A DNA stretch of 64,000 nt from an uncultured Candidatus Entotheonella sp. (lineage in GTDB: Bacteria > Tectomicrobia > Entotheonellia > Entotheonellales > Entotheonellaceae): assembly GCA_965217185.1 (NCBI GenBank), contig OZ244252.1, positions 1 through 64,000 on the forward strand, in the 5' to 3' direction. Positions 33,119 through 42,948 of the stretch are shown here, piece after piece (the first letter of the stretch is position 1; each line of letters begins with the position of its first letter). The translations under genes were made by a program, and so were the position numbers. Below the pieces are notes generated by a model. It searched no databases. It saw only the letters and a list, made by a program, of their open reading frames with translations, and was not told the origin of the DNA.

Positions 33119-34837
33119 TTGCCTGTGCGATTGATACCGCGACTGTTCATCCTGACCGTGGCCGCCGTCGTGTCGCTTGTGTCCGCGGCCGCTGGCGAGC
33201 GGGGTGCCGACGGCCAGTTGAAAATGCTCTACTGGCAGGCGCCGTCCATCCTGAACCCGTTCCTGTCTGGCGGGACCAAGGACGTCCACGCGGCTTCACT
33301 GGTTCTGGAACCCCTGGCGCGTTACGACGAGAACGGCGAGATGGTTCCGGCGTTGGCCGCGGAGATTCCAACCGTTGAGAACGGTGGTGTTTCGGCGGAC
33401 CTTCTGTCCGTCACCTGGAGGCTGCGAGACGACGTGGTGTGGTCGGACGGCAGTCCGTTCACCGCTGCGGACGTTGCGTTCACCGCGGCCTATTGCATGG
33501 ACCCCGAAGGCGCCTGCAGCGGCGCCAGCCGGTTTCAGGACGTGGAGGCGGTCGAGGCGGTGGACAGCCACACGGTGCGCATCACGTTCAAGGTTCCCAT
33601 GCCGTTCCCCTACGTGCCGTTCGTCGGCTCGGTATCGCCGGTCATCCAGGAAAAGCAGTTCGCAGCCTGCACGGGCGCGAGGGCGCCGGAATGCACCGAG
33701 CAGAATTTCGGCCCGGTCGGCACCGGTCCCTTCAAGGTGGCCGAATTCCGTCCGAATGATATCGTCCTGTACGAAATGAATGACCGGTACCGCGACCCCG
33801 ACCAGCCGGCCTTTTCCTCGGTTCTGCTCAAGGGCGGCGGGGACGCCGTTTCCGCGGCACGCGCCGTGCTGGAGACCGGCGAATTCGACTACGCCTGGAA
33901 TTTGCAGGTCGAGCCCGAAATTCTCGCCGCCATGGCTGCGGCGGGCCGGGGCGAGGTGATCTCGGCCTTTGGCAGCATGGTCGAGCGCCTGGTGGTGCAA
34001 CTCACCAATCCCGACCCGGCGCTGCGCGATAAACGGTCAACTTACCAGGACGGCGCCAATCCCCACCCGTTTCTCTCGGATGCGGCGGTGCGGCGGGCGC
34101 TGTCGATGGCGATCGACCGGGAAATCCTGGTCGATGCCGGCTACGGGACTGCCGGACGTGTGGCCTGCAGCGTGGTGCCGGCGCCGGCGGTCTACGTCTC
34201 GACCGCCAACGACTGGTGCCAGACCCAGGACGTTGCGGGCGCCAATAAGCTGCTCGACGATGTCGGTTGGGTGCGCGGCGCCGATGGCATCCGCGCCAAG
34301 GACGGCGTCCGGCTCTCGATCCTTTACCAGACCTCGACCAATTCCGTGCGCCAGGCCACCCAGGCGCTGATCAAGCAGATGTGGCGGGAGATCGGCGTGG
34401 AGACCGAGTTGAAGAACATTAACGCGTCGGTGTTCTTCGGCGGCGACCCGTCCAGCCCGGACACCTACCAGAAGTTCTACGCCGACATCCAGATGTAGAC
34501 CAGCAGCTTCGACGGCACCGACCCCCAGAACTACATGCAAAGCTGGATATGCGCCGAAGTCCCGGGCCCCGAGAACCAGTGGCTCGGCCAGAACATCCCG
34601 CGCTACTGCGACGCGGTATACGATGAGCTGGCGAGGTCGCTGTCCAAGACCGCGGGGATCGAACAACGCGCCGCGATTGCCAGAGAGATGAACGACAAGT
34701 TGATCGGCTACGGCGCGCTGATCCCGCTGGTCCATCGTGGTGAGGTCGCCGCCAGGACGTTGTCGCTCGGCGGCGTCCGGCACAACGCCTGGGACGCTAC
34801 CGTGTGGAACATTCAGGAGTGGCACCGCCGGAAATGA
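33119..34837 (+). pseudogene. Peptide ABC transporter substrate-binding protein (family 5) with internal TAG at 34496-34498
   Basis: WQAPSILNP, W.DG.PFTA.DV, GTGPF; the frame continues in phase past the TAG to WNIQEW. Confidence 0.9.
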
Positions 34838-35871
34838 CGCGGCCCGTCCCCCGTCCCATCGAGCGCGCGAGGCAAGTCCATGCTGAGATATGCGGCCCGG
34901 CGCCTGCTGTTCTCGATCCCGACGCTGCTGGTGATCAGCTTCATCGTGTTCGCCCTGCTCGACTTGGCGCCGAACGATCCGACCGCCCAGCTTCCACTGA
35001 CGATTCCCCCGGAGACCCGTCAGGCCATCCGCGAGAGTCTTGGACTCGGACAGCCGTTCCACGTCCGCTATTTCAAGTGGCTGACGCAGTTCATGATCCA
35101 TGAGCCGCTCAACCTGGCCGAGCGCATGTGGGGGGTTGAGATCGGCGATTCCGAGGGGCGCCTGCGCGTGCGCTCCTGGTCGACCCGCGCGCCGGTCGTG
35201 GACCTGATCGCGGCCCGGCTGCCGCAGACCCTGACCGTCGTCGGCGTTTCCTACCTCGTTGCGGTCCTCATCGCGGTTCCCGTCGGCGTCTTCTCCGCCT
35301 ACCGGCAGTACTCGATCTTCGATCACGTCGGCACCTTCGTCACCACGGTGGGCTTCTCGGTGCCGACCTTCTTCACGGGAACCGTCCTCATCGTGGTGTT
35401 CAGCGCCACGCTCGGCTGGCTGCCGTCGATCTACGACACGACCCACCGGGTGACAGATTTCGACAGCTTCGTTTACCAAGTCAGGCAGATGGTCATGCCG
35501 GTGATGGTGCTCGGGCTTTACAACGCGGCGCAACTCAGCCGCTTCACGCGCTCCGCGGTCCTGGACAACCTCAACCAGGAATACGTCCGCACCGCCCGCG
35601 CCAAGGGGCTGACGGAACCGGTCGTCATCCTCGTCCACGTGCTCCGCAACAGCATGATCCCGGTCGTCACCGTCATTGCGCTGGGGCTGCCGTCGACCTT
35701 CGCGGGGGCCATCATCACCGAGCAGATATTCCGTATCAACGGCGTCGGCCAGTTGTTGATCGGCGCTATCGAGAGCGCCGACATCCCCACCGTGCAGACC
35801 GTGACGTTCATCTTCGCGGTGCTGATCGTGGGGTTGTAAACTGTTGTTCATTTAGTGTATTATAATTGACT

Positions 35872-36462
35872 ATGGATGTTATGAGTCGCCGCATCAGCCT
35901 GACTGCCTGGGGTCGCCTTTACGGCTTCGACAAGGCTACTACGTCGCGTATGCACCATGCCGGCAGACTGCCCGCCGAGCTTCAGATCGAGCAGTTGCCC
36001 AATGGGCGCTACTACGTGGTGGTGCCGCCGGAGAACGACGGGCGCCTTGTGGTATACGCTCGTGTTTCTTCTGCCGACCAGAAAGAAGACCTCGATCGGC
36101 AGGTCGGGCGGGTCGTCGAATGGGCAACGCAGCAGGGCTACCGACCCGACGAAGTCGTAAAGGAGATCGGTTCCGGTTTGAATGGCAACCGTCGCCGGTT
36201 GCGGCGTCTGGTGGCGGACCACACGGTGAGCACGATCGTGGTGGAGCATCGGGAGCGGTTGTGCCGGTTCGGCTTCGAATATGTGGAAGCTGCGCTGGCT
36301 GGACGGGGGGCTCGTATTTTGGTGATGGAAGATAGCGAGCTCGAAGATGATCTGGTGCGAGACGTAACCGAGGTGATGACTTCGCTTTGTGCTCGGCTCT
36401 ACGGGAGGCGTTCGGCCCGGCGGCGTGCGGAGCGAGCGTTGGCGGCAGCAAGAGAAACATGA
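35872..36462 (+). CDS. tnpA: IS607 TnpA, MerR-like HTH + serine recombinase
   Basis: VVYARVSSADQKEDLDRQ, EIGSGLN, EHRERLCRFGF, CARLYG; TATAAT at 35861-35866. Confidence 0.95.
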   Translation: MDVMSRRISLTAWGRLYGFDKATTSRMHHAGRLPAELQIEQLPNGRYYVVVPPENDGRLVVYARVSSADQKEDLDRQVGRVVEWATQQGYRPDEVVKEIGSGLNGNRRRLRRLVADHTVSTIVVEHRERLCRFGFEYVEAALAGRGARILVMEDSELEDDLVRDVTEVMTSLCARLYGRRSARRRAERALAAARET

Positions 36463-38057
36463 TGAAAGCCACTTATCAGACACGCATTGCGGATTATGCC
36501 GGGATGGCTCGTGAGAGCGGGGATGCGGCGTTGTCGGCATGCGCCGAGTTGTATGGACAGGTGCAGCGCAAGCTGTTTGCGGAGATGGCTGCGGGCCGGT
36601 CTGCAGTGTCGTTGAAGAGTACGTACCTGGAGCGCTACGGCATACCGGCGCGCATGTTCAATGCGGTACGGGTGTCGCTGCAAGGCAAGGCCGTGTCGGT
36701 GCGGAAGGGTCAGAAGTTGCAGGCAGACAGCCTGCGGCGGCGCATTTCTCGTGCGCAGAAACAGATTGTCCAAGCTGAGCAGCGGGGACGGCTGGAACAG
36801 GTGCATCACAAGCGGCGCAGGCTGGCGAACTTGGAACGTCGCCTGGCGAGACTGGAAGCCGACTTGTTGGCAGGGCGGCTTCGCCTTTGCTTCGGGTCGA
36901 AGAAGTTATGGCGCAAACAGTACCACCTTGAAGTCAACGGCTACGGCAGCCATGAAGAGTGGCTCAAGGACTGGCGTGATGCCCGCAGTAGCGAGTTCTT
37001 CGTGCTGGGAAGCCGGGATGAGACGGCGGGCTGTCAGTTGTGCGTGGCCGGCATCGCGGATGATGGGTCGCTGACTCTGCGGCTGCGGCTGCCGGATCGC
37101 CTGGCTGAAGGACACGGCAAGTATGTCGTCATGGAGGGCGTGCGGTTCGCTTATGGGCATGACCAGGTGCTGGCAGCGTTGGAAAGCAACGCCGAGTATG
37201 CTGCCTGTCGCCGTGATCACGGGGAGAAGTCGGCAAGAGCGACCGACCAGGGGCAGGCCGTCAGCTACCGGTTCAAGCGCGACGACAAAGGCTGGCGGGT
37301 ATTCGTCACCACTGACTTGGAGCACGTGCCCGTGGTGACGGACAAGCGGCGTGGCGCCATTGGCATTGACCTCAATGCCGATCATCTAGCCGTTGCCGAG
37401 ACTGACGCCTCGGGCAACTACGTCCACGCCTTCCGTGTGCCGCTGGTGACCTACGGCAAGTCCAGTCACCAGGCCGAAGCGCTCATCGGTGATGCGGTGG
37501 CCAGGGTGGTCGGGTACGCCAAGCGTGTCGGCAAGCCCATCGTCATCGAGCGGCTGGACTTCCGTAAGAAGAAGGCTGTCCTGGAAGGCGAATCCCGAAG
37601 GTACAGCCGCATGCTGTCGAGTTTCAGCTACGGCAAGACCCAGGCTTGTTTCTTGTCGAAGGGCCACCGCGAAGGTGTGGCAATCCATCAGGTGAACCCG
37701 GCCTTCAGTTCGGTAGTTGGTCGGGTGAAATTCATGGAAAGGTACGGGCTGAGCGTTCACCAGGCTGCGGCTTTGGTGCTGGCCCGTCGTTTGCTCGGTT
37801 GTTCCGAGCGCATCCCCCGCCAATGGGTTGCCCCCGTTGGCAATGGCGTTCAGGTCGCCTTCACCGTACCCGCGAGGAAACGGGTGAAGCACGTGTGGAC
37901 GTACTGGGGTGCGGTTCTGGGGCAGTTGAGACCGGCGCTTGCAGCGCAACACCGGCTGGGGAAGCGGCGACGCGGGACCCAATCCGGTTCAGGCTGCCTT
38001 GCGGGCGAAGGCTCGCGGGGAGGCTTGGATAGGGACCCGTTCGGTGTTCCCGGGTGA
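36459..38057 (+). CDS. tnpB: TnpB-related RuvC protein, atypical (RuvC-III His, no zinc finger), 532 aa
   Basis: GIDLN (RuvC-I), IVIERLDF (RuvC-II), VNPAFSS...SVHQAAALVLARR; ATGA-coupled to tnpA. Confidence 0.88.
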   Translation: MMKATYQTRIADYAGMARESGDAALSACAELYGQVQRKLFAEMAAGRSAVSLKSTYLERYGIPARMFNAVRVSLQGKAVSVRKGQKLQADSLRRRISRAQKQIVQAEQRGRLEQVHHKRRRLANLERRLARLEADLLAGRLRLCFGSKKLWRKQYHLEVNGYGSHEEWLKDWRDARSSEFFVLGSRDETAGCQLCVAGIADDGSLTLRLRLPDRLAEGHGKYVVMEGVRFAYGHDQVLAALESNAEYAACRRDHGEKSARATDQGQAVSYRFKRDDKGWRVFVTTDLEHVPVVTDKRRGAIGIDLNADHLAVAETDASGNYVHAFRVPLVTYGKSSHQAEALIGDAVARVVGYAKRVGKPIVIERLDFRKKKAVLEGESRRYSRMLSSFSYGKTQACFLSKGHREGVAIHQVNPAFSSVVGRVKFMERYGLSVHQAAALVLARRLLGCSERIPRQWVAPVGNGVQVAFTVPARKRVKHVWTYWGAVLGQLRPALAAQHRLGKRRRGTQSGSGCLAGEGSRGGLDRDPFGVPG

Positions 38058-38190
38058 GATTCCCGGGCGGAGCCGTCTTGAACTGTTGGGGCGGCGGCGC
38101 GGCGCAGGCTGCGCTTTCAGAAATGGCTGGCGGCAGTGTGTAACCAAAGTCAACCATTTTTACAACGGTTCAATCTGGTGGCGGACCTGC
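37960..38190 (+). ncRNA. Putative omegaRNA/reRNA scaffold at the IS607 right end plus flank-derived guide (boundaries approximate)
   Basis: Expected position for TnpB guide RNAs; GC-rich hairpins such as CCCGGG-TGAGATT-CCCGGG and GCCGTC...GGCGGC. Confidence 0.5.
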
Positions 38191-38218
38191 TGTACGGGGT
38201 GCTGGATCCGAGGATTCG

Positions 38219-39125
38219 CTGACTGACGCCGCACCGACCCTTGGAGCACAGCACCGCTCGCTGGCGCGAGATGTCTGGCAGCAATTCTGGCGCCATAAGG
38301 GCGCGCTGGGCGGCGCGGCGGTCTTCACCCTGATTGCCCTGGCGGTGCTGTTCGGGTCCGTCGTCCACGGTGTTGATCCGCAATACATCGACTACAAGGC
38401 CAAGAACCAAGGCATGTCGCTCGCCCACCCGTTGGGCACCGACAACCTGGGCCGCGACATGTTCGCCCGGGTGCTGGCTGGCGGGCGGCTTTCGCTTGCG
38501 GTGGGCGTCGCCGCCATGGCGCTGTCGCTGACCCTCGGAACCTGCGTCGGCGTCTTGGCCGGTTTCTTCCAGCGGCTCGACGGCCCGCTGATGCGGCTGA
38601 CCGATCTCTTCCTGGCGCTGCCGGTTCTGCCACTGCTGCTGGTCAGCATCATGCTGTTCCGCGATCCGCTGCGCTCCGTCCTGGGGCCGGAGATCGGCAT
38701 TTTCGTCCTGATCGTGGCCGTCATCGGCATCACCAGCTGGATGCAGACCGCGCGCATCGTTCGCGGCGAAGTGCTGGCGGTCAAACAGCGGGAGTTCGTG
38801 CTCGCTCCGCAGCGTCGGCACGCGATCGCATCGGATCATCACGCGGCACCTCCTCCCCAACGCGCTGAGCCCGATCACGGTTTCCGCCACGCTCGGCATC
38901 GCACAAGCGATCATTACGGAAAGCGCCTTGAGCTTCCTCGGTCTCGGCTTCCCGTCCGATTTCCCGACCTGGGGCCGGCTGCTGTACGACGGCGTGCCCT
39001 TCCTCGGCCTCACGCCGGCGCGGGTGATCTGGCCCGGCTTGGCCATCTCGCTGACCGTGTTGAGCATCAATTACATGGGCGACGGCCTGCGCGACGCCAT
39101 GGACCCGCGCGTGCGACGACGCTGA
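38219..39125 (+). pseudogene. Peptide ABC permease (OppC/DppC-like), start degraded and frameshifted near 38805
   Basis: HPLGTDNLGRD, EFVLA|RSVG...RHLLPN continues in another frame, ESALSFLGLG, GDGLRDAMDPR. Confidence 0.9.
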
Positions 39126-39152
39126 ACTTGCCGTATGCTGAACTTGCCGTAT
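39121..39152. repeat. 16-bp perfect tandem duplication
   Basis: GCTGAACTTGCCGTAT x2 at the boundary to a lower-GC segment. Confidence 0.9.
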
Positions 39153-39193
39153 GATGTTTAGGCCGTAGAACTATTGACGTGGAGAGCGATGTG

Positions 39194-40016
39194 ATGGCCA
39201 ATCCGAAGGTTTCTTTTGTCATAGAGGGACCGGACGAAAACAACGGCCACCTGGAGTTGTCGGTATTTGTCGAGAAAGTCAGACATTTTCTTGACATGCT
39301 GAACCGGAGCACCAGGGAAAGCGTCGAAGAGGGGATTGTATTTCACGTTGTTCATCTCTCTCACTCCAGTCCTGCGACCGTAGAGTGTGTGCCAAAAGAA
39401 AGCAATATGGCATCTGCCACTATAGCTGTTCAGTCGATTGGCAAGAATCTGATGGATGTAAAAACGGAAGACTCCCATCATCTTTCTCACACCGTTTTGT
39501 CTTCTATGGAACAACTCGCGAACTTCAGCCTCACCAAAATCGCTCGCGCTGAAGTCCGAATTATGGAAGGTGATAATGACATCGAACAGATTTACAAGTT
39601 GGACGACAAATTCAAAGAACAATTAAGCCGTGCCCGGCATCAGGAAGACAGAGTTATCAGCACGATTGACGGAAGACTTGAGCAGATTAACATTCACAAC
39701 AATGTGAACACGTTTCGGATTTATGCGTCAGTGCCTGCTTCTTATTCCGTCAATTGTGGGTTCCCGCCGAATTTACTTGAAAACGTACAGAGTTCCCTGG
39801 GGTCTTTTGTTTCCGTTTTCCGGTGAATGCTTTTATCGCCCCGACGCGCTGTTTCCATACAAAATAAACGTTCAAGATATGAGGATCCTGCCGCCGGCAG
39901 AAGAACTGCCCACCCTGAGTGACCTTTACGGGCTTGCTCCCGGCGCAACGAGCGGCAAATCTTCCGAACGGTTCGTAAGAGAACTGCGCGATGCATGGGA
40001 CAAGACGGACCGATGA
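39194..40016 (+). pseudogene. ~270-aa hypothetical protein (putative antitoxin partner), +1 frameshift in the T4 run at 39816-39819
   Basis: Removing one T joins ...FVSV to SGECFYRP...LPTLSDLYGLAPGATSGKSSERFVRELRDAW; stop overlaps the next ATG. Confidence 0.7.
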
Positions 40017-40255
40017 AGGATGATTTGATCTGCTGGGACTCGTCGGTTTTGATCAGTTGGCTTCGCGGTGATGAAGATGCGGACAGAAACCGGGCCACTC
40101 ATGCCGTTGTGCAATACATTGAAAGCGGGGGCTTCCAAGCTGGTCGTTTCCACTCGTTTGACGACCGCTTGCTGCGTCTCAACGGAGACGACGAAGTGGA
40201 TGGTCTTGCCATAACGGCCTGCGAAATTCCCGGAATGAATCTGCCCTTGTCTTGA
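40013..40255 (+). pseudogene. PIN-domain protein with central deletion
   Basis: N-terminal WDSSVLISWL and C-terminal FHSFDDRLL PIN motifs in only 80 aa; the middle E and DA.H segments are absent. Confidence 0.7.
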
Positions 40256-40347
40256 CCACTCGCCAATCGACTTCCCTGCCTACCAACGGATATTGCAGGC
40301 GTTGACAACTGGACCCCACTCACACCCTTTTCCGGAAACAACACCCG

Positions 40348-42939
40348 ATGTCTTCACCCTTAACATCCCCGGAGTACCCGCGCCCTGCCATGTCGGTTGA
40401 GGCGATGCGCACGCTGCTGATCTGCCGCGGACCCATCGCTTTTGAGACCCTGGAGGTGTATCGCCGGCGAGGCTGGCTGCTACCCCACGTTGTGGTGTCG
40501 TCCAAGGAATGGATCGCCGACGGGCGCTGCGCCGCGCCGTGGATCGCCGACCTGCCGGCCGACCACGTTCACTATGTACAGGAATACGACGACGTTGAGG
40601 CTATCCTGTGCATTGCCGCTCAGCACGGCATTGACGCCATCTATCCGGGCTACGGCTTTCTGGCAGAGCGCGCCGACTTTGCCGCGCGTGTCGAGGCGGC
40701 CGGACTGCGCTTCATCGGCCCAACGGCGGACACCCTGCGCGCCGTCGGCGACAAAGATGCGGCCATCGCGCTGGCCCGACAGTTGGATATTCCCACCATT
40801 CCCGGCGACGACGCGCTGGTCGGTTTTGCGCGTTCTGCGGGCCCGGCCGCCATTGCCGAGGAGACGGTGCGCCGCACGCTCGAAATGGCGGCGCAGTATC
40901 CTGGGTATCCCATTCGCCTCAAGCATCCGGGCGGCGGCGGCGGCAAGGGCCAGCGAGTGCTCAGCGCCGAGGAACTGGATGGTCCGCGGGCGGCCGACGT
41001 CATCCGCGAGGCGCTGGCCAAGGTGTGGTCGGAGATGGGCGTTTCGCCGCCGGAGGCCGACGCGCGCAAGGGCGTGCTGATCGAGCTCAACATCCCGCGC
41101 CCGTTGCACTGGGAGGTGCAGATTTTCGGTGACGGCGAAACCGTCGTTCACTTCGCGGCCCGCGACTGCTCGGTGCAAAATCACGGCTACCAGAAGTTCA
41201 TCGAAATGGCCCTGCACCCGCAGGCCATCGCCCATGAGATACAACACCTCGATCGCAAAGCCGACGCCGCTCGCATCGACAGTCTGTGCCGCCGCCGGCA
41301 AACTCTGGAGCGCATTTGTGCCGATGCTCAACGTTTGGGCCAAGCGGTGCAGTTGCGGGGCGCGGCGACCGTGGAGTTTCTGGTGGATGAGCAGGGCGAG
41401 CCGTACTTTCTCGAAGTCAACCCGCGCATCCAGGTCGAGCACGCCGTCACCGAAGGCATCGCGCGCGTGCGCGATGAGCCAATCAGCCTTGTCGAGATGC
41501 AGCAGCGCGTGGCGGCGGGGGAGCGGCTGGCATTCGACCAGCGGGACATCACCTGCGTCGGCGACGCCATCGAAGTGCGCCTCAACGCTTGGCACGAGGA
41601 TCTCAACCCGGTGCTCGGCGGTGTCGTTCATGCCTTGCGCTGCGACCTGCCGCCCGAGCTCGGCGCCCACGTCCGTATCGACGCCGGCGGCTTGCAGGCG
41701 CGCCGGCAGCCGTGGGTCGTTCCCAGCTATGATGCCAATTTCGCCCTGATTATCGTCCACGGGGCCGACCGCCGCGAAACCCTGGACCGTCTCATCAGCG
41801 TCTTGCAGGACGGCCTGGAGGTGCGCGGGGACGACGCGTTGCAGACCAACCTCCAGCCCATTCTGGGACTCGTGACCCTGATGCGGGCATTGCCTGCCGA
41901 GACCGCCTTCCGCACCGATACCAGCCTCCTGTGGATGGCCCTCACGGCCATCGTTGAGGCACAGAAATCGGCCGTGCTGGCGCGCGTTCCCCGCTACCCG
42001 CGTCGTCCGACGCCGAACCATCCGGCTCTCGTTGCCCGCCTGTTGGGCGCCACGCTGGAAGCCGGCTTCGCCCATCCCAGCCGATTGCTGGCGTTCTACC
42101 TGAAGCGTTTGACGCAGGCGCATCAGCGCCCGCTGACGAACCTCGAGGTGCTCTGGCAACTTGCCGCCGAGCTGGACGTGCCGCTGTTTGAAGAGGAGAG
42201 CCAGCGCGGCCTCGCCCTGCAACGGGCCATGGACGCGCTATGGGAGGCGGTTGATCGTTCCGACAAGCGGCTGAGAGCTCTCATGCGTGCCGCCGTTGCC
42301 GGGCGTCTGCAGGACGAGCCGGTCCACTCGGCATTGCTCGAACAACTCAAGGCGCCGCCCTTGAACCTGCCCTGTGAGAAGGCCATCGCCCTGCTCCAGG
42401 AATTGTTTGGCTGGTTGACCGCCGAGGCCCCGGCCATTACCGGCCTTGTCGAAACCCTTGAGCGCACGCAGATCCACGAGTGCTTGGCGCATAACGCCGA
42501 TCTTTCCCTGTCTCGTCCGGCCTACCTGCAGAACGCCGGTACCGTTGACCATCTGATGCGGCTCCTCAGCCGCAGCTTGCGGCCCACCGTGCTGCGCCAC
42601 GGCGAACTGCTCGCTCCCATGGAAGCCACGATTTACCACTACCCGGAGCCCGGTGCCCCGCCGTTCGTGGAAGTCGGCGCTGAAGTCAAGGTGGGGCAGA
42701 CGCTGGCCCTGCTGGAAGCGATGAAGATGTTTACCGATCTGCCCAGCCCGGTGGACGGCGTGGTGATGGAGGTACGGGTCGAAAACGGCCAAGGGGTGAA
42801 GACGGGCACGCCGTTGTTCCGAATCGCCACCCACGACGCCGTGGCCGAGACCTCGGATGACCACGTTCAAGGGGTGCTCGAAGCGCCGTGGTGCAATCGA
42901 TTCGGCTTGCTGGTGCCCGGCGAAGCGGCGGGGGCGTGA
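40348..42939 (+). CDS. Biotin carboxylase fused via a long helical region to biotin carboxyl carrier (alpha subunit)
   Basis: PGYGFLAE, GDK, GGGGKG, RDCSVQ, LEVNPRIQVEH, EAMKM. Confidence 0.9.
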   Translation: MSSPLTSPEYPRPAMSVEAMRTLLICRGPIAFETLEVYRRRGWLLPHVVVSSKEWIADGRCAAPWIADLPADHVHYVQEYDDVEAILCIAAQHGIDAIYPGYGFLAERADFAARVEAAGLRFIGPTADTLRAVGDKDAAIALARQLDIPTIPGDDALVGFARSAGPAAIAEETVRRTLEMAAQYPGYPIRLKHPGGGGGKGQRVLSAEELDGPRAADVIREALAKVWSEMGVSPPEADARKGVLIELNIPRPLHWEVQIFGDGETVVHFAARDCSVQNHGYQKFIEMALHPQAIAHEIQHLDRKADAARIDSLCRRRQTLERICADAQRLGQAVQLRGAATVEFLVDEQGEPYFLEVNPRIQVEHAVTEGIARVRDEPISLVEMQQRVAAGERLAFDQRDITCVGDAIEVRLNAWHEDLNPVLGGVVHALRCDLPPELGAHVRIDAGGLQARRQPWVVPSYDANFALIIVHGADRRETLDRLISVLQDGLEVRGDDALQTNLQPILGLVTLMRALPAETAFRTDTSLLWMALTAIVEAQKSAVLARVPRYPRRPTPNHPALVARLLGATLEAGFAHPSRLLAFYLKRLTQAHQRPLTNLEVLWQLAAELDVPLFEEESQRGLALQRAMDALWEAVDRSDKRLRALMRAAVAGRLQDEPVHSALLEQLKAPPLNLPCEKAIALLQELFGWLTAEAPAITGLVETLERTQIHECLAHNADLSLSRPAYLQNAGTVDHLMRLLSRSLRPTVLRHGELLAPMEATIYHYPEPGAPPFVEVGAEVKVGQTLALLEAMKMFTDLPSPVDGVVMEVRVENGQGVKTGTPLFRIATHDAVAETSDDHVQGVLEAPWCNRFGLLVPGEAAGA

Positions 42940-42948
42940 CGGACGGCC

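Larger units (their letters stand above)
35834..38168 (+). mobile_element. IS607-family element (tnpA serine recombinase + tnpB)
   Basis: Precise interruption of the permease ORF at a GG(TT) core; 8-bp inverted ends GTTGTAAA/TTTACAAC. Confidence 0.93.
34880..38222 (+). pseudogene. Peptide ABC permease (OppB/DppB-like) interrupted by IS607; last 17 codons at 38169-38222
   Basis: EYVRTARAKGL loop; removing 35834-38168 restores ...LIVG-FNLVADLLYGVLDPRIR*. Confidence 0.92.

Noticed and set aside
34496..34498. In-frame TAG as possible pyrrolysine or readthrough codon
   Set aside because: No pyl genes in the window, TAG ends many intact genes here, and neighbouring operon genes are also broken
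35834..35871. IStron (group I intron fused to IS607)
   Set aside because: Under 40 bp between the left end and tnpA leaves no room for a group I core
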